Assembly (NCBI GenBank): GCA_016195665.1
Contig: JACPZD010000009.1
Location: 12,915-76,914, forward strand
Reading direction: 5' to 3'
Source of the DNA: Gammaproteobacteria bacterium
GTDB taxonomy: Bacteria > Pseudomonadota > Gammaproteobacteria > SURF-13
DNA length: 64,000 nucleotides
In this document: piece by piece, positions 57,322-64,000 of the stretch
Layout of the letters: every line of letters begins with the position of its first letter
Numbering within the stretch: position 1 is the stretch's first letter
Position numbers and translations under genes: made by a program
The notes under the pieces: model-generated
What the model saw: only the letters and a program-made list of their open reading frames with translations
Databases searched by the model: none
What the model was told of the DNA's origin: nothing

Positions 57322-58609
57322 GTACTCGCGAAATATTGAATCGGATTTACGTGCGGCATTGGCCGACACCCGGGTGGTGCTGCTAAACGGTGCGCGCCAG
57401 ACTGGTAAAAGTACCCTGGTCACAGCCTTGTCCGGGGAGTTGGGCGCTGACTACGTCACCTTGGACGATGCCACGGTGCTGTCTGCCGCGTCCACCGATC
57501 CGGCAGGCTTCCTCAAGGGTCTGAGCAGCAGGGCGGTGATCGATGAGGTGCAGAAAGCCCCAGCGTTGTTTCCGGCCATCAAGACCCTAGTGGATACCGA
57601 TCGGCGTCCGGGCCGGTTTCTGCTGACGGGTTCGGCCAATGTGCTGATGTTGCCGAAGATATCGGAATCGCTGGCGGGCCGGATGGAGATCATTACTCTC
57701 AACTCCTTGTCGCAGGGCGAATTGCTGGGGCGGCGGGAGCGTTTTATTGATGGCGTATTTGCGGCAAAGATCTCGGCCTTGGCGCGGGAGGATGCGCGGG
57801 ACTTGGCGACCCTCGTCCTGGCCGGGGGCTATCCGGAGGCGGTGCAACGCACCGCGGGCAAGCGCCGCGCAGCGTGGTTCGCCTCCTGCATGACCGCCAT
57901 CTTGCAACGTGACGTACGCGACCTGGCGCATATCGAAGGACTCACCGAAATGCCGCGCCTGCTGACTCTTTTGATACGGCTGGTAGAACAGTTCGTGGCA
58001 GGCGACTGGTTGGTGATTCCGTCACTCTTTCATCAGGAGCCGCTGCGCAAGCGCATATTGCTTGCGCTCAATGTTGACATCATTGTGCATCACCTTCTGC
58101 GCTTTTTACGCGAGCAGAACCAGGAGCGCATCGAACCGGTGTTCGACGAAGAATCGCCGATAGGGTCAACGCGCCATATGCGCACTTGGTACACAACAAA
58201 GGTTTGTTACCCGACGCAGAAATCACAGATCAGTCACATGATAGCCGACAGTGCTTGGGAACAGTACGCCGCCAACGTGCTGGAAAAAAGTGATCGGGTT
58301 ACCGCCTACGCAAAAAACGACCATCTGGGCTTCCAAGTCTACTACTTGTGGAATGGCGCACGGCGGCGCTTCGTTCCGGACTTCCTGATTCGGCTCGCCA
58401 ACGGCAAGACGCTGGTGCTGGAAATCAAGGGCGAGGATTCCGAACAGAACCGCGCCAAGCGCGAGGCGCTGGATGCTTGGGTGAAAGGTATGAACGCGAA
58501 AGGTGGGTTTGGAACGTGGTGTTGGGATGTTGCATTTCAGCCAGCGCAAATCCATGACATCATTTTAAAACACACGGATGAGGGGTTAAAGAGAGCCACC
58601 CCTCGATAG
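57320..58609 (+). pseudogene. Chimeric ORF: N-terminal ~218 aa of an AAA_14/DUF4143 ATPase fused to the C-terminal ~210 aa of a helicase-nuclease (type III Res-like PD-(D/E)xK end)
   Basis: The ATPase part (GARQTGKST...EGLTEMPRLLTLL) stops matching near nt 57971. The tail (...RRRFVPDFLIRLANGKTLVLEIKGEDSEQNRAKREALDAWVKGMN..GGFGTWCWDV) is a typical Res/helicase C-terminal nuclease. Confidence 0.55.
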
Positions 58610-58639
58610 GAAAATGCCGAAAGAGGATACGGTGCTGCT

Positions 58640-58906
58640 ATGAGACTGCCGAAGAATCCGTTCCATCCGGGGGAAGTCTTGCGGGAAGAGTTCCTGGAAC
58701 CGTTGGACGTAACCCAAAGCGCCTTGGCCGAGAAGCTGGGTTGGCGCCGTACGCGGTTGAATGATCTCCTCCAGGGCAAGCGCGGCATCACGGCCGATGC
58801 GGCGCTGGATCTCGCCAAGGCGCTCAATACCTCGCCGAAACTCTGGATGAACCTTCAGGCCACCTGGGATTTGGCACACGCTGTCAAGCGCCGGCACGCG
58901 GCCTGA
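58640..58906 (+). CDS. higA: HigA/VapI-type XRE antitoxin (no cognate toxin upstream)
   Basis: HPGEVLREEFLEPLDVTQSALAEKLGWRRTRLNDLLQGKRGITADAALDLAKALNTSPKLWMNLQ. Confidence 0.8.
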   Translation: MRLPKNPFHPGEVLREEFLEPLDVTQSALAEKLGWRRTRLNDLLQGKRGITADAALDLAKALNTSPKLWMNLQATWDLAHAVKRRHAA

Positions 58907-59006
58907 TTTTTTCCATTTTAGCCCGAAGGGGATAGCCCTTTTCCCGGATCTAGGCCTGCCATTGATAGGAGCCGCGCTTTCTGAAGGTCGCCACTGCTCC
59001 ACTCAT
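58907..59006 (-). pseudogene. Tyrosine-integrase N-terminal relic with an in-frame TAG
   Basis: Minus strand from ATG 59006: MSGAVATFRKRGSYQWQA*IREKGYPLRAK. This fits the RKRG..WQAQ(I/V)R.KGYP pattern of island integrases and is cut off by the higA 3' end. Confidence 0.5.
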
Positions 59007-59176
59007 TGTCGTGCGTCAGGGGATGTAATCAGCGAGCTTATCAAGCACGGCATCTTACGTTTGTCGGCTGTACTCCAATTTGTACTCCACGCTCTCCGTT
59101 CCATGGCGTTTTGATATTGCCTGTGGCTGCTTTTGGAGCACAGGCTAAAAATGAAGGCTTCGTAATTTCTTGAATT

Positions 59177-59251
59177 TGGTGGGCGATGCAAGGCTCGAAC
59201 TTGCGACCCCTGCCGTGTGAAGGCAGTGCTCTACCACTGAGCTAATCGCCC
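59177..59251 (-). tRNA. tRNA-Val (anticodon CAC)
   Basis: GGGCGATTAGCTCAGTGGTAGAGCACTGCCTTCACACGGCAGGGGTCGCAAGTTCGAGCCTTGCATCGCCCACCA. Cloverleaf folded by eye; encoded CCA end. Confidence 0.9.
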
Positions 59252-59354
59252 TGCAGACCGTGGAATTTTACGTGTCTGGGCGTGCAGCGTCAAATTATGC
59301 TGCCTTTGCTTGATAGCTGTTAAAATAGCGCAGTTCCCAATTGTGACGTTAACC

Positions 59355-60761
59355 ATGAGCATCCGCACCCGTTTCGCCCCCAGTCCCACCGGCTACCTGC
59401 ATGTCGGCGGCGCGCGCACCGCGCTGTATTCCTGGCTGTACGCGCGCAAACACGGCGGCACGTTTATCCTGCGCATCGAAGACACCGACCTCGAACGCTC
59501 CACCGCGGAGTCGGTGAATGCGATTCTGGAAGGCATGACCTGGCTCGGACTGGAATACGACGAAGGCCCGTTTTACCAAACGGAACGTTTTGAACGCTAC
59601 CGTGCCGTGATTCAACAATTGCTCGACGAAGGAAAGGCCTACCACTGCTATTGCAGCAAAGAAGAGCTGGATGCGATGCGCGCCGAACAACTGTCCCGCA
59701 AGGAAAAGCCGCGTTACGACCGGCGCTGGCGTGACTCCAAGGCCACACCGCCGCAGGGCGTTCCACCGGTGGTGCGCTTCAAGAATCCTTTGTCCGGCGA
59801 CGTGGTGGTCAACGATCTTATCAAGGGCGCCGTTGTGTTCCAAAATGACGAGCTCGACGATCTCATCATCGCGCGCGCCGACGGCACGCCGACCTACAAT
59901 TTCACCGTGGCGGTGGACGACTGGGACATGGGCGTCACCCATATCATCCGCGGTGACGATCATCTCAATAATACGCCGCGCCAGATCAATATCCTCAAGG
60001 CGCTCGGCGCCAAACCGCCCGCCTACGCCCACGTGCCGATGATCCTGGGTTCCGACGGACAGCGGCTGTCCAAGCGTCACGGCGCCGTGAGTGTGATGCA
60101 ATACCGCGAGGACGGCTTTTTGCCCGAGGCGCTGCTCAATTATCTGGTGCGGCTCGGCTGGGCGCATGGCGATCAGGAGATCTTCTCAATTGACGAGATG
60201 ATCGAGCTGTTCGATATCAAGGACGTCCATCGCGCCGCGAGCGCCTTTAATACGGAAAAACTGCTGTGGCTGAATCAGCACTACATCAAGATCTCCGACC
60301 CCGCGCATATCGCCCATCACTTGAGCTGGCACATGGGCAGGCTGGGTGTGGACCCCGCGCAGGGACCGGACTTGGTGGAAGTGGTCAAGGCACTGCGCGA
60401 ACGCGCCAAGACCCTGGTCGAAATGGCGCAGGCGGCCACGTTTTTTTACCAGGACTTCGAGAGTTATGACGAAAAGGCGGCGGCCAAGCATCTTACCGGC
60501 GAAGTGGCGGAAGCCCTGTCGGAGCTACACGACAGCCTCGCACATGTGAGTGACTGGACACAGGAGGCCATCCACCAGACGATAACCGATGTCGCCGCTC
60601 GGCAAGGACTTAACATGGGCAAGCTTGCCCAACCCCTGCGCGTTGCGGTCACCGGTAAGGCCGCCTCGCCGCCTATTGATGTCACTGTACATCTGCTCGG
60701 ACGCGAAGTGACTCTGCAACGTCTAAGGGACGCGCTTGTCCACATCCGTGCGGCTGGTTGA
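59355..60761 (+). CDS. gltX: Glutamate--tRNA ligase
   Basis: [24 protein letters not shown]...KLSKR-type LSKRHG. Confidence 0.96.
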   Translation: MSIRTRFAPSPTGYLHVGGARTALYSWLYARKHGGTFILRIEDTDLERSTAESVNAILEGMTWLGLEYDEGPFYQTERFERYRAVIQQLLDEGKAYHCYCSKEELDAMRAEQLSRKEKPRYDRRWRDSKATPPQGVPPVVRFKNPLSGDVVVNDLIKGAVVFQNDELDDLIIARADGTPTYNFTVAVDDWDMGVTHIIRGDDHLNNTPRQINILKALGAKPPAYAHVPMILGSDGQRLSKRHGAVSVMQYREDGFLPEALLNYLVRLGWAHGDQEIFSIDEMIELFDIKDVHRAASAFNTEKLLWLNQHYIKISDPAHIAHHLSWHMGRLGVDPAQGPDLVEVVKALRERAKTLVEMAQAATFFYQDFESYDEKAAAKHLTGEVAEALSELHDSLAHVSDWTQEAIHQTITDVAARQGLNMGKLAQPLRVAVTGKAASPPIDVTVHLLGREVTLQRLRDALVHIRAAG

Positions 60762-60820
60762 ACAGCAGATTTATTGACGCTAGGGGCAACTACATCGTAA
60801 AATGCAAAGTTATTGTCGGC

Positions 60821-60916
60821 TTGGGGCCATAGCTCAGATGAGGCGCCCTCATCCCCATCCCTTCTCCCCTAGGGGAGAAGGGGGCGAGCCGAGGCGCTAT
60901 GCGCGTTTTGTATGAT
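60821..60916. repeat. 17-nt duplicate of the tRNA-Ala 5' end, followed by a 79-nt palindrome-rich insert
   Basis: TTGGGGCCATAGCTCAG at 60821-60837 is identical to 60917-60933. The insert holds the perfect 24-nt palindrome CCCTTCTCCCCTAGGGGAGAAGGG (60858-60881) and ATGAGG-CGC-CCTCAT. Confidence 0.85.
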
Positions 60917-60918
60917 TT

Positions 60919-60994
<76 letters not shown>

Positions 60995-61003
60995 ACCTCA
61001 ACC

Positions 61004-61052
61004 TGTGACGTACACGGATGCTCTAATGTCGCGTGAGGCAGGATGCCGGGAG
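61004..61052 (+). repeat. 46-nt repeat family, copy A
   Basis: TGTGACGTACACGGATGCTCTAATGTCGCGTGAGGCAGGATGCCGGGAG. Confidence 0.85.
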
Positions 61053-61082
61053 CGATCATACCTATACAATTCAAATTTCATA

Positions 61083-61158
61083 GTCCCCATCGTCTAGAGG
61101 CCCAGGACACTGCCCTTTCACGGCGGCGACAGGGGTTCGAATCCCCTTGGGGACGCCA
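61083..61158 (+). tRNA. tRNA-Glu (anticodon TTC)
   Basis: GTCCCCATCGTCTAGAGGCCCAGGACACTGCCCTTTCACGGCGGCGACAGGGGTTCGAATCCCCTTGGGGACGCCA. Confidence 0.93.
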
Positions 61159-61162
61159 GATT

Positions 61163-61201
61163 AAAAAGGGGCCTTGGGTTTTATCCAAGGTCCCTTTTTT
61201 A
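61163..61201 (+). terminator. Rho-independent terminator after tRNA-Glu
   Basis: AAAAAGGGGCCTTGG-gttttat-CCAAGGTCCCTTTTTT. Confidence 0.8.
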
Positions 61202-61230
61202 ATCTGCTATTCATATGGCAATTCGAATCC

Positions 61231-61279
61231 CTCCCGGCATCCTGCCTCACGCGACATTAGTACATCCGTGTACGTCACA
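61231..61279 (-). repeat. 46-nt repeat family, copy B (inverted relative to A)
   Basis: The reverse complement differs from copy A at 2 positions. It supplies the stop codon of the NlpC/P60 gene. Confidence 0.85.
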
Positions 61280-61787
61280 ACAAGCGCCCGGCGCGCACCA
61301 AACGCTTGCTCCAGTAGCCGTTATCGAGTGTCTCCACGGAAACCTGTTTGCCAGAAACAGGGGCGTGGATAAACTCATTACCTCCCTGATAGATGCCCAC
61401 ATGCGAAACACCACGACCGTTGATCTCGAAAAAGAGCAGATCGCCGGGCAGCAAGTCATCAAGTGTCACTGGCTGAGCTTGCCGGAACAGCCCGGCTGTG
61501 GTGCGCGGGAGATTTTGAATTCCCACCTGCTGATAGGTGTACAGCACCAGTCCGCTGCAATCAAAACCGCGCGGGGTAGCGCCCCCCAGCCGGTAGGGTG
61601 CGCCAATCATTTGTTGGGCAACCAATACGATATCGGCGCGTTGCTGCGCTTCGGGCGAAGGATAACTCTGTGATAGGCGCGGAGGCGTACTGCAGCCTGC
61701 CAACATGAGTAACGTCACGCAAAATAGAGCGCCATAGTGGGAGCGAAGAGAGACCGCCCAACCCTTATTGTCACGAATTGTATCCAT
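61275..61787 (-). CDS. NlpC/P60 (C40) peptidoglycan endopeptidase lipoprotein
   Basis: LLMLAGCS lipobox and FDCSGLVLYTY...SHVGIY...IHAP catalytic Cys/His motifs. Trimmed to ATG 61787. Confidence 0.85.
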   Translation of the reverse strand: MDTIRDNKGWAVSLRSHYGALFCVTLLMLAGCSTPPRLSQSYPSPEAQQRADIVLVAQQMIGAPYRLGGATPRGFDCSGLVLYTYQQVGIQNLPRTTAGLFRQAQPVTLDDLLPGDLLFFEINGRGVSHVGIYQGGNEFIHAPVSGKQVSVETLDNGYWSKRLVRAGRLL

Positions 61788-61830
61788 GAACCAGGCGGTC
61801 TCTCCCTCATCCGGCCTTTCGGCCACCTTT

Positions 61831-61876
61831 GACGTACAGGGAGGGACTAATGTCGCGGGAGGCAGGACGCCGGGAG
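61831..61876 (+). repeat. 46-nt repeat family, copy C
   Basis: GACGTACAGGGAGGGACTAATGTCGCGGGAGGCAGGACGCCGGGAG. Confidence 0.85.
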
Positions 61877-62098
61877 CGACCTCCCGCAGGCGGGAGAAGG
61901 AGAGTCGGTGCAGCCTTCGGCCGCAGGTTTCTGGGTGGGTAACAGGCGGGATGCGTACCGATTGCATTCTTGAATACCCCTTCAGAGAAGCTGGTCTAAG
62001 CTAACCCAGGGTACCCTAAAAATCAAGCCGGACAAGGCTTCGAACCTGTTTAAGACCATCGTGTCAAACCTATAACAAGCACGTATACTGAGCAACCC

Positions 62099-64000
62099 AT
62101 GGTTACAAAATCCCCGGTTCATCGCTTGCCGCCTCTGCGCTGGTATAGCCTGCTGTTTATAAGTCTGCCTATCTTGCTGATAGCGTTCGGGGTATACGTC
62201 GTCTATCTCGATCATACCGTCCAGGTTCAGTTTGAAGGCAAACGCTGGGCCTTGCCCGCGCGCGTGTATGCGCGACCCCTGGAATTGTTTCAAGGCATGA
62301 AGCTCAACCCTGAGATCCTGGCCGCAGAGTTGAATGATTTGGGTTATGTGCAAGTGACTCAACCTGAAGGACCCGGGGCCTATTCGCGCTCATCCGGTGG
62401 CGTACAGGGAGGAACTAATGTCGCGGGAGGCAGGACGCCGGGAGCGCCCGCATTTCGTTTGGTGACACGCAGCTTTCGATTCTGGGACACCAGCGAAGCT
62501 TCACAACCGGTCACGATAGCCTTTGACGGCGACACGCTGAGCGCACTGCAAAATACCCGGACCGGCGCACGGCTCGACCTGGTCCGTCTCGATCCGCTGC
62601 TGGTCGGCGGCATCTACCCGGCGCATCACGAAGACCGTGTCCTGGTGCAGGTCAAGGAGGTGCCGCCGCTGCTCATCAAGGCGCTGATTGACGTAGAGGA
62701 TCGCCGTTTTTATAAACACCACGGCATCAATATCGTCTCTATATTACGCGCCATGTGGGCCAACTTGCGCGCCGGTTCCACGGTGCAGGGGGGCAGTACG
62801 TTGACTCAGCAGTTGGTGAAAAATTTCTACCTTACCTCCGACCGCACCCTCAGCCGCAAACTCAACGAAGTCATCATGGCGGTGCTGCTGGAGATGCACT
62901 ATTCCAAGGACGAAATCCTGGAGGCCTATCTCAATGAAATATTTTTGGGCCAGGACGGTCAGCGCGCCATTCATGGTTTCGGGCTGGCCAGCCAATTTTA
63001 TTTTGGCCGGCCCTTGAATGAACTGGATGTCTCCCAACTCGCCCTGCTGGTGGGGATGGTCCCCGCCCCCTCGATTTACGAGCCGCGGCAACACCCGCAG
63101 CGCGCGATCGCAATACGGAATCGCGTCCTGGACGCCATGCTCACGCAACAGGATATCACCGCCGCACAGGCGGCCAAGGCCAAACAGGCGCCGCTCGGCG
63201 TGACCGCTAAACCCCCTGCGGGGATCTCGCCCTACCCCGCCTTCATGGATCTGCTGCGGCGCCAAGTGCAGCATGACTATAAGGAGGAGGACCTTACTTC
63301 GGAAGGCCTGCAAATCTTTACCGCGTTTGACCCGCAGATACAGCGCGTGGCGGAATGGGCCTTGGCGAATCGTATCGCAGCCCTGGAAAAGGCCTACAAA
63401 ATTCCCGAGGGAAAGTTAGAAGGCGCAGTGATCGTGACCGACACCCAGAATGGCGAAGTGCTTGCGATGGTGGGCGGGCGCGATGCGCGCTACACCGGTT
63501 TCAATCGGGCTCTCAATGCGCAACGCCCGATAGGTTCATTGATGAAGCCGGTTATTTATCTCACCGCCCTCGCCCAGCCGCAAAAATATACGCTCGTCAC
63601 CCCCTTGGATGACGGCGCCTTTACCCTGAAAAACACCGGTGGCAAGCCGTGGTCACCGCAAAATTACGATCATCAGTCACACGGGGAGGTCCCTTTATAC
63701 CTGGCACTGGCGCATTCTTATAATATATCTTCGGCGCGCCTGGGGTTAAAAGTGGGCGTCCCCCGTGTATTGAAGACCCTTTACGCCCTCGGTGTCACGC
63801 GCGAATTTCCGGCCTATCCATCTACCTTGTTGGGCGCCATCGAGCTGAGTCCGTTAGAGGTTACCCAGTTTTACCAAACCCTGGCGAGCGGCGGGTTCCG
63901 CACACCGCTGCGCGTCATTCGCGACGTGCTCACCACGCGCGGAGAGCCGCTGCAACGCTACCCGCTCTCGGTAGAGCAGGCCGCAGATCCGGCCCCGGCA
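62099..64000 (+). CDS. mrcB: Penicillin-binding protein 1B (bifunctional GT51/transpeptidase), 5' part; continues past the right edge
   Basis: Open frame missing from the ORF track. Hand translation: TM anchor, UB2H-like region, EDRRFYKHHG and GGSTLTQQLVKN (GT51), SLMKP and SYN (transpeptidase). Confidence 0.9.
   Translation, partial: MVTKSPVHRLPPLRWYSLLFISLPILLIAFGVYVVYLDHTVQVQFEGKRWALPARVYARPLELFQGMKLNPEILAAELNDLGYVQVTQPEGPGAYSRSSGGVQGGTNVAGGRTPGAPAFRLVTRSFRFWDTSEASQPVTIAFDGDTLSALQNTRTGARLDLVRLDPLLVGGIYPAHHEDRVLVQVKEVPPLLIKALIDVEDRRFYKHHGINIVSILRAMWANLRAGSTVQGGSTLTQQLVKNFYLTSDRTLSRKLNEVIMAVLLEMHYSKDEILEAYLNEIFLGQDGQRAIHGFGLASQFYFGRPLNELDVSQLALLVGMVPAPSIYEPRQHPQRAIAIRNRVLDAMLTQQDITAAQAAKAKQAPLGVTAKPPAGISPYPAFMDLLRRQVQHDYKEEDLTSEGLQIFTAFDPQIQRVAEWALANRIAALEKAYKIPEGKLEGAVIVTDTQNGEVLAMVGGRDARYTGFNRALNAQRPIGSLMKPVIYLTALAQPQKYTLVTPLDDGAFTLKNTGGKPWSPQNYDHQSHGEVPLYLALAHSYNISSARLGLKVGVPRVLKTLYALGVTREFPAYPSTLLGAIELSPLEVTQFYQTLASGGFRTPLRVIRDVLTTRGEPLQRYPLSVEQAADPAPA
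62399..62444 (+). repeat. 46-nt repeat family, copy D, in frame inside mrcB
   Basis: GGCGTACAGGGAGGAACTAATGTCGCGGGAGGCAGGACGCCGGGAG has 2 mismatches to copy C. It is translated as GVQGGTNVAGGRTPG. Confidence 0.85.

Larger units (their letters stand above)
57100..59176. mobile_element. Decayed genomic island abutting the 3' end of tRNA-Val (left border undefined)
   Basis: An integrase N-terminal relic lies next to the tRNA, along with an orphan higA and a chimeric ATPase/nuclease ORF. Confidence 0.5.

Noticed and set aside
57097-57330. A direct repeat of the tRNA-Val 3' end marking the distal border of the tRNA-Val island.
   Set aside because: The best candidate (AGTGCGATGGCAGC near 57190) matches only about 9/16 positions. 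A CCCACCA string at about 57234 is in the wrong orientation. This is not sufficient to call an att site.

Overview
A 64-kb proteobacterial chromosomal window. Core genes look G+C-rich by eye, and many intergenic regions carry REP-type hairpin repeats. All coordinates, motif matches and match counts are from hand reading. No HMM, BLAST or folding was run.

(1) 1-5.9 kb: a co-directional minus-strand defence array.
- An AAA+ ATPase plus an S8 protease (ietAS-type).
- A 4-TM protein plus a ~317-aa soluble protein (Kiwa-type by architecture).
- A type III-like mod gene that runs off the left edge.
- The two-gene Kiwa-type cassette is bracketed by two copies of the mod 5' end and joined to its neighbours by ATGA stop/start overlaps.

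(2) 6.3-8.9 kb: a PIN/AbrB toxin-antitoxin pair with a promoter and operator, then an orphan MotA/MotB-like stator pair.

(3) 9.3-17.3 kb: a decayed, integrase-less ~8-kb island at the 3' end of guaA.
- Its far end is marked by a relic TIEWE-stop copy of the guaA terminus.
- TTTACCGTC iterons sit near both ends.
- Its cargo is decayed TA, GNAT, LysR and Ca-binding-like genes plus redox/detox genes.

(4) 20.7-38 kb: a bEBP-controlled cytosolic [NiFe]-hydrogenase cluster of the cyanobacterial/Huc (group 2a) type.
- It carries two tandem HiPIP-like paralogues, a maturation protease, TPR and NHL proteins, a NifU-Rieske fusion and two mini membrane proteins.
- It also carries hypFCDEAB, a SIS-domain protein and a nickel permease.

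(5) 38-64 kb: housekeeping genes.
- These are xseA, mlaA, der, dsbC, xerD, rplS-trmD-rimM-rpsP, ffh, hemL, thiED, gltX and mrcB.
- They are interrupted by a decayed tRNA-Val island holding an integrase relic, an orphan higA and a chimeric ATPase/nuclease ORF.
- A 17-nt duplication of the tRNA-Ala 5' end flanks a palindromic insert.
- A ~46-nt repeat occurs four times, once in frame inside mrcB.
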